Assembly: GCA_041946735.1 (NCBI GenBank)
Contig: JBHGAY010000007.1
Location: forward strand, 64,001-128,000
Length of the DNA: 64,000 nt
Direction of reading: 5' to 3'
Source of the DNA: Candidatus Eiseniibacteriota bacterium
Lineage (GTDB): Bacteria; Eisenbacteria; RBG-16-71-46; CAIMUX01; VGJL01
Shown: piece by piece, positions 24,466 to 34,318 of the stretch
Numbering within the stretch: the stretch's first letter is position 1
Layout of the letters: the number at the start of each line of letters is the position of its first letter
The notes under the pieces: generated by a model
Database searches by the model: none
What the model was told of the DNA's origin: nothing
Seen by the model: only the letters and a program-made list of their open reading frames with translations
Translations under genes and position numbers: made by a program

Positions 24466-26955
24466 CTACGGACTCAGCCGCGCCGAGACGATGTTCGACG
24501 AGCTCTGGAGCGAGCTGCCGTCGTCGATGTCCCGGTCGAAGACGACGACCCGGTAGTAGACGTCCTGATTCGGCCCTGTCCCCGGCGCGTCGGCGTACGT
24601 CGTCTGCTCCCGGTGATCGAGCGTGACGACGGGAGTGTTGATCGAGCCGGGGCTCATCCCGCGAAGCACCTGGTACTGGCGGAAGTCGTCGTCGGTGTTC
24701 ATCGTCCAGGTGAGCGACACGGTCGTCGTCGTCGTCCCCCCGACGCTGAGCGTCACCGGCGTCGGCGTCCGGTTCTCCGTCACGATCGACCGCTCCGCGG
24801 AGCCGGTGGTGCCGCCCGCGTCGTCCCGGAGGAAGAGCCGGTAGTAGTAACGCGTGTTGTCCTTCAGCCCGGCGTCCCGGTACTGGTTCAGGCTCGGATC
24901 GTCGATGCTGCGGACGAGCGTGGAGGCCTCCGTCACCCCGGGCGACGTGTCACGGTAGAGCCGGTAGGCGTCGAAGTCGTGGACCGACGCGCGCGACCAG
25001 GTCAGGCCGACCGTCGGGGTAGGAGCGTCCACCTCCTCGACGAGCGTCTGGATCGGAAGCGCCGGAGGATCGGCATTGGCGGTCTTGACGCGCACCTCGT
25101 TGCTCGGGGTCACGTGTCCGCCGTTGTCATGGACGAACAGTCGGTAGAAGTACTCGGTGTTCTCGATCAGTCCCGCATCCTCCCAACTCGTGCGCTCCTG
25201 CTCGTCGATCCGGCTGACAAGATCGTCGTCCTCCGTCACTCCGGAGTCCTCCGACCGGTAGAGCCGGTAGGAGCCGAAGTCCCGGTCCCCGTTCCTCGTC
25301 CAGCTCAGGCTCGCCGTCGTCTCGCCGGGATTGCCGGAGCTGTTCAGCGTGACGGCGGCCGGGAAGCGGTCGGGGATCGTCGCGCTCTCCTCGTTGCTCG
25401 GCGCCGATTCGCCGAAGCTGTCTTCGACGACGACGACGTAGTAGTACTGCTTCCCCTCTTCGATCTGAAGCCTGTCGTCGTAGGTCGTCTGCGCGCTGTT
25501 CGTGATCTCGGTCAAGACGCGCCGGTCCGGATCGCTCAGGACCCCGGCCTGCTCGCCCCGAATCACGCGGTAGCGGCCGAAGTCCTGCTCGGCGGCCCGC
25601 GACCAGGAGAGGCTCACCGACTCTTCGGTCACCGAGTACGGCTCGTGGAGCAGCACCGCCTCCGGCGGAGCGCTCGCGGAGGCGGCCCCGGAGACCTCGT
25701 TGCTCGGCGTCGCGAAGCCGTTGGGGTCGACCAGCTCCACCACGTAGTAGTAGGTCACTCCGGGCGTGAGACCGGAATCGGTAAAGGTCGTCTGGCCCGG
25801 GCTCGTCGTCTCCTGCACCAGCCGCCGCGACGGCAGATCGGCGACTCCAGGAGAGGTCGCGCGGTAGAGCCGGTAGCGGCCGAAGGGGGCGCCCTCCGGC
25901 ACCTGCGACCAGCTGATCGAAAGCTTCCGGGGTCCGGCCGTGCTCGGCGGGTTGAGCTGGAGGGCGGGCGGGTCGGCGTGGATGGTCAGGCGGCGCGCGG
26001 CCGTCTTCTCCGGAGCGCGGTTGCCCGCTTCGTCCTGGAACGTCCCGACCACCTCGCCGCCGATGAACTGTCCCGTCGGCTCCGCCTCGTAGAGCAGCGT
26101 GTAGATGCCGTCGCCGGCCACCGCGTCCGGATCGATTCCATCGTCGTGCATCTCGCGTGCGATGGCGCCACGCGGGACCTCGAGCGCGGCCACTCCGCCC
26201 GTCTCGCCGGCATCGAGCCGGAAGACGATCCGGTCTCCGGGGGCGCGCGTATCGCTTCCGTCGAACTCGACCGACTCGATCGCCGCGTGCGTGTCGAGCC
26301 GGATGTCGTCGGAAACCACCTCCGATTCGTTGCCATCGGCGTCGACGAACCGGGCATAGACGGTCTTCGCTCCGTCCCCGGCGGGAAGACGGAAGCTCAC
26401 CGCCGGCGAGAAGCGCAGTGTCGTCGGGTCGGACATCGACGGGTCGGAGGAGAGCGAGACCGAGGAGGTCCCATCCGGCGCCTGAAGCAGCACGGCGACG
26501 TCCTGCGAGGAGGTAGCCGCCCGGCCCGACTCGATCGTCACGGCGAAGAGGCCCGGACTCACGATCACCTCGGGCGAGCGGCGCCCTTCGAGCCCGTTTC
26601 GGAGGACCGAGCTCACGGAAAAGGCGACCGGCTGGCCGTTGTGCAGATCGCGCATCGTCTTCGGGCTCGTGGCCGAGGAGTCAACCAGCTCCGGCGAGGA
26701 CGCGGGCAGCACACGCTTCCAGATCCTGTAGATGCGGACATCGGAGGCGGTCGAGGAGTCGGGAAGCTCCCAGCGAAGGGTCACGCTTCGATTGGCGCCG
26801 CTCCCGCTCAGCTCGACCGGGACGGGCGGCGACGAGGCTCCATCGTCCGGATCGCGCGGATTGGTGAGCGACTGATCGTGGTCCTTCGAGCAGCTCGTCG
26901 CGAAGGCGAGCCACGCGACGGCGAGGAGGGTCGTCCAAAGCAGCGGTCTTCTCAT
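24466..26955 (-). CDS. Lipoprotein with multiple fibronectin type III repeats and a choice-of-anchor-X-like motif
   Basis: Lipobox FATSC; repeats of about 95 aa with LSWS..FGRYRLYR..D..L...YYY..SNE; MHDDGIDPDAVAGDGIYT. Confidence 0.82.
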   Translation of the reverse strand: MRRPLLWTTLLAVAWLAFATSCSKDHDQSLTNPRDPDDGASSPPVPVELSGSGANRSVTLRWELPDSSTASDVRIYRIWKRVLPASSPELVDSSATSPKTMRDLHNGQPVAFSVSSVLRNGLEGRRSPEVIVSPGLFAVTIESGRAATSSQDVAVLLQAPDGTSSVSLSSDPSMSDPTTLRFSPAVSFRLPAGDGAKTVYARFVDADGNESEVVSDDIRLDTHAAIESVEFDGSDTRAPGDRIVFRLDAGETGGVAALEVPRGAIAREMHDDGIDPDAVAGDGIYTLLYEAEPTGQFIGGEVVGTFQDEAGNRAPEKTAARRLTIHADPPALQLNPPSTAGPRKLSISWSQVPEGAPFGRYRLYRATSPGVADLPSRRLVQETTSPGQTTFTDSGLTPGVTYYYVVELVDPNGFATPSNEVSGAASASAPPEAVLLHEPYSVTEESVSLSWSRAAEQDFGRYRVIRGEQAGVLSDPDRRVLTEITNSAQTTYDDRLQIEEGKQYYYVVVVEDSFGESAPSNEESATIPDRFPAAVTLNSSGNPGETTASLSWTRNGDRDFGSYRLYRSEDSGVTEDDDLVSRIDEQERTSWEDAGLIENTEYFYRLFVHDNGGHVTPSNEVRVKTANADPPALPIQTLVEEVDAPTPTVGLTWSRASVHDFDAYRLYRDTSPGVTEASTLVRSIDDPSLNQYRDAGLKDNTRYYYRLFLRDDAGGTTGSAERSIVTENRTPTPVTLSVGGTTTTTVSLTWTMNTDDDFRQYQVLRGMSPGSINTPVVTLDHREQTTYADAPGTGPNQDVYYRVVVFDRDIDDGSSLQSSSNIVSARLSP

Positions 26956-27845
26956 CGGGATCCTCCTTCCTGGGGATTCCAGCGCACGACGAGCATCGCC
27001 CCGTCCTCACGCGGGCGCAGACCCAGCTCGGGACCATCGTTCCCCCACGGGGAGATCGAGGCGAAGCTCCCCTCCGAGGGGGACGGGAAGAAGAAGAGGG
27101 CGTCGATCAGCGAGAGTGCCCACACGCCGCCGGTCGCGTACAGGAACCCCTGGCGCCAATCGTAGGCCCGATCGGCTCGGTCCTGCGCCCGCTCGGCGGC
27201 GGCGCGCCGCTCGTCGAGCTGGTCGAGCCGTCCCTCGTGCAGATAGGCGTTGCGCGCGCTCTCGAAATCGTCGACGCGGTCCTGGTACTCGATCTCCGTC
27301 CAGAGTAGGCCGCCGGCTGCCAAGGCTGTCCCGACCAGGAAGGCGGTCCCCTTCGCAGGGCGCCCGGCATAGAACTGCCCCCATCCCGGAATGAACAGGG
27401 AACGCAGACCGGCCTTCCACGCTTGCTTGCGCGAGAGCCGGATGTCGAGATTGCGTGCGGCGCCGGGCTCGAGATCGATCGTCCTCTGCCACCGCTCGTA
27501 CCCGTCGAGGGACGCCGTCACGGCGTAGCGTCCCTGCAGGCCTCGCTGGAGGTCCCACGGGGTCACGCCGCGCCACTCGTGCTCCCCTTCGAGGACGACC
27601 AGCGCCCCGGGCGGCTCCGAGCGAATCCGGAGAGACGCGCCGGCAAGTCCCCCACCGGGCGTCGTCGGCGGAGCGACCGCCTGCGCGATGTCGCCCCGGT
27701 CGCCTCGGTCCTCCCCCGCATCGTGCGTCGCGGCGCATGCGACTTCCGCAGCGCCGAACGTCGCGAAGGAGAGCGCCGCGGCGAGCCAGAGGCTCCCCGC
27801 GCCGATCCCTTCCCTCTTCCTCTCTGGTCGTCTCATCGATCGCAC
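26952..27845 (-). CDS. PEGA-domain protein with DUF5683-like C-terminal region
   Basis: LRIRSEPPGALVVLEG..GVTP..GRYAV..LDGY (PEGA); LRSLFIPGWGQFY; WALSLIDA; start 27845 or 27836. Confidence 0.75.
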   Translation of the reverse strand: MRSMRRPERKREGIGAGSLWLAAALSFATFGAAEVACAATHDAGEDRGDRGDIAQAVAPPTTPGGGLAGASLRIRSEPPGALVVLEGEHEWRGVTPWDLQRGLQGRYAVTASLDGYERWQRTIDLEPGAARNLDIRLSRKQAWKAGLRSLFIPGWGQFYAGRPAKGTAFLVGTALAAGGLLWTEIEYQDRVDDFESARNAYLHEGRLDQLDERRAAAERAQDRADRAYDWRQGFLYATGGVWALSLIDALFFFPSPSEGSFASISPWGNDGPELGLRPREDGAMLVVRWNPQEGGSR

Positions 27846-27849
27846 CTCG

Positions 27850-28653
27850 CTAGCTCTCCGCCCGGGATCTTCCCCCGGGGCTCTGCTTTTCCTGCCGACC
27901 CGCCTCCCCCGGCGCGTCCGGAACGACCGGAGCGACCGGAGAGGATCGGGAGCTCAGAACGGGACCGTTCGCGGGCCCGGACCGCTTCTCTTTCCAGTAG
28001 TCCGCAGGCGCGGGTGGATCCTCCGCGCGGAGCACCACCCGGACGGTGGCGAACAGGATCGAGAGGTCGGTCCAGAACGAGATCCGCTCGAGATACAGGA
28101 CGTCGAGGCGGATCCGCTCGTCCCAGGGGAGCGACTTGCGCCCGCGAACCTGCGCGTAGCCGGTCAGGCCCGGCCGGAGGCGCAGCCGCTGCCGCTGGAA
28201 CGAGTCGTACTGCTTCACCTGATACGCGAGCGTCGGCCTCGGGCCGACGAAGCTCATCTCTCCCCGCGCGATGTTCCAGATCTGGGGCAGCTCGTCGAGA
28301 CTGAGCGCGCGGAGGACGCGCCCCACTCGCGTTACGCGCGGGTCGTTCTCCGTCACCAGCATCCCCGTTCCCAATCGCTGCGCGCCCGGCACCATCGTTC
28401 GGAATTTGAGGATCGTGAACGCCCGGCCGAGCAAGCCGATCCTCTGCTGCCGGAACAGGACGCCGCCCGGGCCGTCGATCCGGATCGCGAGAGCGATCAC
28501 GAGGAAGAGCGGAGCCAGCGCGATCGCCGCCACGGTGGCGATCGACCGGTCGAGGGCTGGCTTCGCGAACCGGGCGTAGAACCCCTCGGCGGGCCGCTCG
28601 GGCAGCGGTCCGAGATCCAATGCGGTCTCCGGCGCGCTCTCGCGTCCGCTCAT
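27850..28653 (-). CDS. Monotopic phosphoglycosyl transferase (PglC/WcaJ C-terminal family)
   Basis: FRQQRIG..FTILKFRTM, DPRVTRVGRVLRALSLDELPQIWNI..GEMSFVGPRP, RPGLTGYAQV; intact Asp-Glu dyad. Confidence 0.93.
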   Translation of the reverse strand: MSGRESAPETALDLGPLPERPAEGFYARFAKPALDRSIATVAAIALAPLFLVIALAIRIDGPGGVLFRQQRIGLLGRAFTILKFRTMVPGAQRLGTGMLVTENDPRVTRVGRVLRALSLDELPQIWNIARGEMSFVGPRPTLAYQVKQYDSFQRQRLRLRPGLTGYAQVRGRKSLPWDERIRLDVLYLERISFWTDLSILFATVRVVLRAEDPPAPADYWKEKRSGPANGPVLSSRSSPVAPVVPDAPGEAGRQEKQSPGGRSRAES

Positions 28654-29841
28654 TCAGGCGGTTCGTCCCTCCAGCTTCGCGCGGATCGCCGGCGCATGCT
28701 CGCGGCAGGCGCGCACCCCCTCGACGACCCGATCGACGATCTCGTCGGTCATGTGCGTGTAGAGCGGGAGGCAGAGCACCTCTGCGCAGACCCGCTCCGT
28801 ATTCGGATAGTTGCCCCCGAGTCCCGGGAGATGGCGGAACCGGGTCTGTTTGTGCAGCGGCGGATGGAAGTAGATCTTCGACCGGATTCCCCCGGGGTGC
28901 AGCGCCTGCTGCAGCTCCCGGTTGGAGAGCCCGAAGCGGCCCGCGTCCACGCGGATCGCGAAGTAGTTGTGCGTGGAGCGGCAGGCGGGATCGATCCGCT
29001 GGAACGAGAGGCCCGGAACGTCCTCCAGCCCTTCGCGGTAGCGGGTCACGAAGCGCGCCCGTCGCTCGACGTTCTCCTCGAGGCGCGACAGGGACAGGAA
29101 TCCGAGGAGCGCGTGCAGCTCGCTCTGGCGCGCGTTCAGGCCGGCCACCACGCAATCGTAGTCCCCCGGATTGCCGTAGTTGCGCGCGACCCGCAGATCC
29201 CGAGCCAGCTCCCGGTTGCGCGTCGCCACGATTCCCCCTTCGCCGGACACCGTCACCTTCGTCGGCGCAAGGCTGAAGATCTCGGCCTCGCCGAACGAGC
29301 CCGCCATACGATCGCCGAGCCGCGTGCCGAGCGCGTGCGCCGCATCGCTGAAGCTGGCGACGCCCCGGGTGGCGAGGAGCGGTTCGAGGCGTCCCCAGTC
29401 CGGCGCATTGCCGAAGATGTAGACCGGAACGACGGCTGCGGCGGGCGCCGCCGCGAGAGCGCGCTCGACCTCGACGGGATCGAGATTGAAGCTCTCCGGA
29501 TCGCAGTCGAGCAGCTGCGGCTCCAGGCCGTTCCAGAGCAGGATGTGCAAGGTCGCAGGGAACGTGAAGGAGGGAAGCAAGACCCGCCCCTTCAAGCCGA
29601 GCAGCTTCGCCACCAGGATCAGCCCCGATGTTGCGGAGGAGAGAGCAACCGCCTCAGGGACACCCAGGCGCTCGGCCGCCTCCTCCTCGAGGCGGCGGAC
29701 CCAGCGGTCGTTGGTGATCTGACGCGACTCGAAGATCGCGCGCAGCTCGCGCGCATAGGAGTCGAAGTCGGGCAGCGTCGGCTCGCTGATCGGGATCGTG
29801 TCGGGCGGGGCCGGGCCTCCAAGTATCGCGGGTCGGTTCAT
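28654..29841 (-). CDS. DegT/DnrJ/EryC1/StrS nucleotide-sugar aminotransferase
   Basis: PSFTFPAT, VPVYIFG, DAAHALG, FSLAPTK (PLP lysine), GEGG, VLCLPLY. Confidence 0.92.
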   Translation of the reverse strand: MNRPAILGGPAPPDTIPISEPTLPDFDSYARELRAIFESRQITNDRWVRRLEEEAAERLGVPEAVALSSATSGLILVAKLLGLKGRVLLPSFTFPATLHILLWNGLEPQLLDCDPESFNLDPVEVERALAAAPAAAVVPVYIFGNAPDWGRLEPLLATRGVASFSDAAHALGTRLGDRMAGSFGEAEIFSLAPTKVTVSGEGGIVATRNRELARDLRVARNYGNPGDYDCVVAGLNARQSELHALLGFLSLSRLEENVERRARFVTRYREGLEDVPGLSFQRIDPACRSTHNYFAIRVDAGRFGLSNRELQQALHPGGIRSKIYFHPPLHKQTRFRHLPGLGGNYPNTERVCAEVLCLPLYTHMTDEIVDRVVEGVRACREHAPAIRAKLEGRTA

Positions 29842-31304
29842 CCGGTTTCCTCCATCGATGTATCGTTTCGGGTCAGCCTCTCCTCTACGGCGACAATCCC
29901 CGTGATCAGGAAGAAGAGGCCGGCCAGGCTGAAGTCGAGGAACCTCTGACCGAAGAGGTTCAGCACGAACAGGCTGAGAATCACGCCGTGATACGCCCGG
30001 CCGAGAGCGGCCGGGCGCCCGCCGCGCGGGATCAATCGCGACCCCAGGCGCCAGCAGGAATAGAAGAGCCACAGCAGCAGAAGCAGGCCGACGATTCCCA
30101 TCTCCCCTGCGACCTGGAGATAGAGGTTGTGGGCGTGCTTGAACACCCCGGCGGCCAGTCCGGTAGCGGGGATCAGGTTGCCGAAGCCCACGCCCGCGAT
30201 CGGGTGCTCCGCGACCACCTTCAGGATCGCCTTCCAGACGGTGATCCTCCCTCCCGACGTCGCGTCGAGCGCCGTCGCCGCGTCGTCCGCCTCGGCCGCC
30301 GTGTAGGTGGCGACGATCCGCTCGCGGACGAAGCTCGGCGCCCAGAAGAAGCTGCTCCCGAGAACGGCGAGGAGGAGAACCGTGGAGACGAGGCTCGTGC
30401 GCAGCGACTGCGGCAGCGCGGCGGCGAGGTAGCCGGCGTAGCCTCCCCGGGAATTGGGGAGGATCAAGCCGATCGCCTGAGCGAGCGCGGCGACGGCGAT
30501 CAGCACCCGTTTGGGACCGCGATAGGCGGCGAGCATCGAAAGGCTGAAGACCCCGCCGATGGCGAGATACGCGGCCATCCGGTTGATATCGCCGAGGCCC
30601 CCAGGGGTACGGTAGCCGAAGCCGAACTCGAGCGCCTCGCGCACGGGTCCGAGGACTGCGGCGAAGCCTCCGATCATGACCCAGCCGATCATCCTCCCTA
30701 CCTGTTTCCGGTCGCCCACGAGGTGGGTCACGATCGGGAAGGCGAGGAATCCCTCCACGATCAGCCAGACGCCCTGGAGCTTCACGAACGGCCCCGGGGC
30801 GTCCGGGCTCTTCCACAGGAAGATTCCGTGGATCATCGAGAGCAACAACGCGATCGCGAAGACCAGGTAGGGCAGGTCGAGGGGCGTCGCGACGACGCCC
30901 TGCACCTTGCCTTGCAGCATCAGGATCGCGACACCGATCAGGGAGCCGAAGACGAGCAGGTTCGCAGCGTTCACGAAGGGGATCGGCGACTTCGGAAGCC
31001 AGTCGGCGAACGGCAGCGCCAGACAGAGCAGATACGGAATCGTTCGCGGCCGCGCGGCGAGGAACGCCAGAACGCCGAGAACGGCGACCACCTTGAAGAG
31101 ACGGTGCGGCGCCTGGTTCGTCCGGTACCCGAGAAGCGGCAGAGCGATCGCCAGGAAGACGGCCGCGAGGGTCGCGGCGATCGTCACCAGCGCCGTCCGG
31201 TGACGGTCGAACAGCTCCCAGAAGCCGGGAGGCGCTTCGGCCAGGCCGGGAACGAACGCCGCGGGATCAGGCGGACGGTCGGATGGTTCCCGGAGTTCCG
31301 GCAT
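29838..31304 (-). CDS. O-antigen ligase/polymerase (Wzy_C) family membrane protein
   Basis: Many TM helices; NSRGGY, GRITVW, HPIAGVGFGN, HAHNLYLQVAGEMGIVGL; SD AGGAG. Confidence 0.88.
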   Translation of the reverse strand: MPELREPSDRPPDPAAFVPGLAEAPPGFWELFDRHRTALVTIAATLAAVFLAIALPLLGYRTNQAPHRLFKVVAVLGVLAFLAARPRTIPYLLCLALPFADWLPKSPIPFVNAANLLVFGSLIGVAILMLQGKVQGVVATPLDLPYLVFAIALLLSMIHGIFLWKSPDAPGPFVKLQGVWLIVEGFLAFPIVTHLVGDRKQVGRMIGWVMIGGFAAVLGPVREALEFGFGYRTPGGLGDINRMAAYLAIGGVFSLSMLAAYRGPKRVLIAVAALAQAIGLILPNSRGGYAGYLAAALPQSLRTSLVSTVLLLAVLGSSFFWAPSFVRERIVATYTAAEADDAATALDATSGGRITVWKAILKVVAEHPIAGVGFGNLIPATGLAAGVFKHAHNLYLQVAGEMGIVGLLLLLWLFYSCWRLGSRLIPRGGRPAALGRAYHGVILSLFVLNLFGQRFLDFSLAGLFFLITGIVAVEERLTRNDTSMEETG

Positions 31305-32760
31305 CGCTTCTCTCCTGCAACGGCGCAGTCTCGGACTGCTTCGCACTCTCTCTCGCTTGCGAAGGGAACGTACGAGCGCCGAGGAAACCGCCGAGCTGAT
31401 CGGCGAGCGTCTGCGCGACCGCGATGTCCTCGGGATGCAGAATCCGCCCGGCGGTGGAGCCGAGGCCGAGAATGCCGATCAACGTCCCTCCCCCGCGGAC
31501 GGGAAGGTAGATCGTCAGGCCATGGCTCTTCGCCATCGTTTCGCAGGCGATCTGCAGAGGGATCTCCTCGAGGCGGTGCGCCTCCTCGAGGAGCAGAGGC
31601 CGTTCCGTCTGCTCCATCGCGGCGCGGAGCGGGTGCGTCTCGTCGAGCACCGGCAGCGCCGGCTCGGAGAGCGGCAAGAGCTGCTTCCCCTCCCCGCCGG
31701 CGATCCAGATCTGGAGACGGACGGGGCCGATCGTGTTGCGAAGCAGGTCACGCAGAGCGGGGGTCAGGCGATCGAGCGCGTCGACCCCGGCGAAAGCGCG
31801 GTTCGCCTGCTCCCAGAGGTGGCGATAGTCGAAGCGTGAGACGAAGAGGTTCCGGTCGAGGAAGCGGCGGACGTCGCCGCGAAGTCCAGGGAACGCCGAA
31901 AGGAGAAAGACGAGCAGCAAGATCGAGACGGTCACCTTCTCGTACCATCGAGCTTCCCACGGGACGCCGAAATACCGGAAGACCTGCGAGAGCAGGGCGA
32001 GCCCGACCAGCAGGAAGCCGAGCGCGGTGAGAACGACGGAGGAGTAGACGACCGGCCTCCCGACAGGCAGGGAGACGTCCCCCACGCGGCGCACTCCCAT
32101 GGCAACCGCGAATCCGATGCTCGAAACCATCGTGGCGGGAAGGAGAAGGCCGGTCTTGCCGATCCGCTGCTGCCCGTAGAGCACCAGGTCGGCGACCAGA
32201 TAGATCGCGACGATGATCACCGGAGCGAGCGCGTAGATCGAGCGCTCCGTGCGGCGTCGCGAGGAGGCCCTTGCCGCCTCGAGCGTCGCCTGCAGATTGA
32301 CGAGCGCGATGGCGAGAGCGGCGAGGACGACGAGGCCAAGAGGCCGTCCCACCGGAGCCCGTAGCACAAGGATCTCCCCCACCCCTTCGGGACGCTGCAG
32401 CTCGACCGGTGCCTGGCGCAGGCCGAAGGCGGCGATCACGAGGACGGCGAGGACCGAAAGGAACACGACGATCCTCTGCGTGGCCGGGCGGGGGCTCCCG
32501 ACCGGCCTTCCGAACCGATAGGAAAACAGAAGCAGCGGAGGGAGAGAGAAGATCGTAGTGATCCATTGCAGTCGCATCCAGCGCTCCGTCCAGAACGGAT
32601 CCTCGGCCCTCAACGCGATGGAGAGGAATGTCCCGGAGAAGCCCAGGCCCGCGAAGGCGAGAAGCAGCCAGGATCCGACGCGGAACGATCCCCGGGAGGC
32701 GGCGATGACGCCGATTCCGAGCAGCAGGGCCGTAGCGAGGATCCACAGCCAGAGGGTCAT
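31267..32760 (-). CDS. PrsK-like membrane sensor (multi-TM plus GAF) lacking the kinase domain
   Basis: About 9 TM helices; LVNLQATLEAA, VVYSSVVL, VRRFLDRNLFVSRFDYRHLW resemble the PEP-CTERM kinase PrsK N-terminus; GAF-like end YLPVRGGGTLIGILGLG..EDIAVAQTLADQ; no H-box or ATPase motifs. Confidence 0.68.
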   Translation of the reverse strand: MTLWLWILATALLLGIGVIAASRGSFRVGSWLLLAFAGLGFSGTFLSIALRAEDPFWTERWMRLQWITTIFSLPPLLLFSYRFGRPVGSPRPATQRIVVFLSVLAVLVIAAFGLRQAPVELQRPEGVGEILVLRAPVGRPLGLVVLAALAIALVNLQATLEAARASSRRRTERSIYALAPVIIVAIYLVADLVLYGQQRIGKTGLLLPATMVSSIGFAVAMGVRRVGDVSLPVGRPVVYSSVVLTALGFLLVGLALLSQVFRYFGVPWEARWYEKVTVSILLLVFLLSAFPGLRGDVRRFLDRNLFVSRFDYRHLWEQANRAFAGVDALDRLTPALRDLLRNTIGPVRLQIWIAGGEGKQLLPLSEPALPVLDETHPLRAAMEQTERPLLLEEAHRLEEIPLQIACETMAKSHGLTIYLPVRGGGTLIGILGLGSTAGRILHPEDIAVAQTLADQLGGFLGARTFPSQARESAKQSETAPLQERSDAGTPGTIRPSA

Positions 32761-32778
32761 CGCGCGCTTCGTCGCCTC

Positions 32779-34308
32779 CTACGGATTGCCGATGCCGCCG
32801 ATGTCGCCGCCGCTGCGCAGCCGGGCTGCTTCTTCGCGGGCGCGGCCAGCGAGGGCCGAGTCGGAGGTCTGGGCCGCGATCTCGTCGAGGACGCCTGCCG
32901 CGCGTTCCCGCTCTCCCATCCGTCCCGCCAGAATAGCGGCCGCGTTGATCGCCGCCCTCACGTTCCCCGGATGCCCGGGATAACGCTTCGCGAAGCCGAG
33001 CAGCCGGTCGGCCGCCTCCGGCCAACGCTGCAGCTCGGCCAGCGCCTGGACGGCCGCCTCCTCGGCAAGCCTCGCTTCCTGGCTTCCCGGGCGGGAGCCG
33101 CGGATCTGGTCGTACTTCTCGATCGCCCGTTCCAGCGTGTTGTTCGCCGCCTGCGTTTCGCTCCTCGACCGGTAGTAGGCGGCGATCTCGAACGGCGCGC
33201 CGAGGGCCTGAGGACTCGTCGGGAAGTCGGCCTGGAGCGCGATGTAGTAGCTGATCGCGTCGTTCCAGCGTCCTTGCTCGGCGCGGATCCTCGCGGCCTG
33301 CAGCTCCGCCTCCGCCTGCGCATCCTTTTGCAGCGGATGGTTCACCTTCACCGTCTCGAGGAGCTGGATCGCCTCCTCCTGACGATCGAGCCGCGCGAGC
33401 ATCTGCGCCCTCTTCACCGCGGCGCGCGGCGCCACCGGATCCTTTCCTTCCTTGTCCAGCAGCTCGGCCAGGCGATTGGCGGCGCCTGCGTAGTCCTTTC
33501 GCTCTTCGTCCAGCGATGCCATGAGGAAGAGAATCCGCGCCCTCATCTCCCGCGCTCCCGGCACGCGTTGCGCCCGATCGAGAGAGGCGGCGGCATCCTC
33601 CAGGTGGCCCCGACGCAGCTGCGTGAGGCCGAGGTCCACCCAGGCGACGGCGGCCGCCTGATCGTCCGGCGCCTCGTCGATGACCGAGCGGTAGTAGATC
33701 TCCGCGCGGTCCAGCTCGGCAAATGCTTCGTCCCGCCGGCCAACCTGCGCGAGGGCATCGGCGGCGTCGAGCGGCGAATCGAGGACCACCCGCCCGTTTT
33801 CCGGGGAGGCGGTCGGCCGGCCGTGGCCATCGCGAGCCGGCAGCGACCCGGCGATCTCCTGGCAGTACCCGGCCACTTGCCCGTAATCGCCTCGGGCCCG
33901 GGCCCGGTCGATCAGATCCCCGTAGATCCGGAGCGCGATCCGCGGATCCCAGAGATAGTCCTTTCTCGCTTGCTCGAGCAGCTCCTGCGCTTTCTCGCTC
34001 TGCCCGAGCCGGTCGTGCATCTTGACCATCCCGTTGACGGCGTTCGAGCGCAGGCGCGCGATCGGATATGCGTAGCCGGTATCCGATTCGGCAGCGGGGA
34101 GCGGGATCGATTCCACGATGCGCCGGTACTCCTCGAGGACCTTCGGCGCCCGAGCCGGATCGAGTCGTAGGTTCTGCTCCTGCCGCAGCGCCTTGTAGAG
34201 CGCGCGTTCCGCGCGGTAGCGCGTGCCGATCCGGTCCGAACCGCACGAGGCAGCGAGGAGAACGACGACGGCGAGGGCCACCAACGAGTACGGCCGATTT
34301 GTTCGCAC
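32779..34308 (-). CDS. TPR lipoprotein (possible PrsT analogue)
   Basis: GTG with SD GGAGGAG; lipobox LAASC; TPR repeats with YP/FP turns. Confidence 0.78.
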   Translation of the reverse strand: MRTNRPYSLVALAVVVLLAASCGSDRIGTRYRAERALYKALRQEQNLRLDPARAPKVLEEYRRIVESIPLPAAESDTGYAYPIARLRSNAVNGMVKMHDRLGQSEKAQELLEQARKDYLWDPRIALRIYGDLIDRARARGDYGQVAGYCQEIAGSLPARDGHGRPTASPENGRVVLDSPLDAADALAQVGRRDEAFAELDRAEIYYRSVIDEAPDDQAAAVAWVDLGLTQLRRGHLEDAAASLDRAQRVPGAREMRARILFLMASLDEERKDYAGAANRLAELLDKEGKDPVAPRAAVKRAQMLARLDRQEEAIQLLETVKVNHPLQKDAQAEAELQAARIRAEQGRWNDAISYYIALQADFPTSPQALGAPFEIAAYYRSRSETQAANNTLERAIEKYDQIRGSRPGSQEARLAEEAAVQALAELQRWPEAADRLLGFAKRYPGHPGNVRAAINAAAILAGRMGERERAAGVLDEIAAQTSDSALAGRAREEAARLRSGGDIGGIGNP

Positions 34309-34318
34309 TTCTCCTCCC

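Noticed and set aside
24466..25950. Recurring DNA words as a non-coding repeat array
   Set aside because: Explained by tandem Fn3 domains within the CDS
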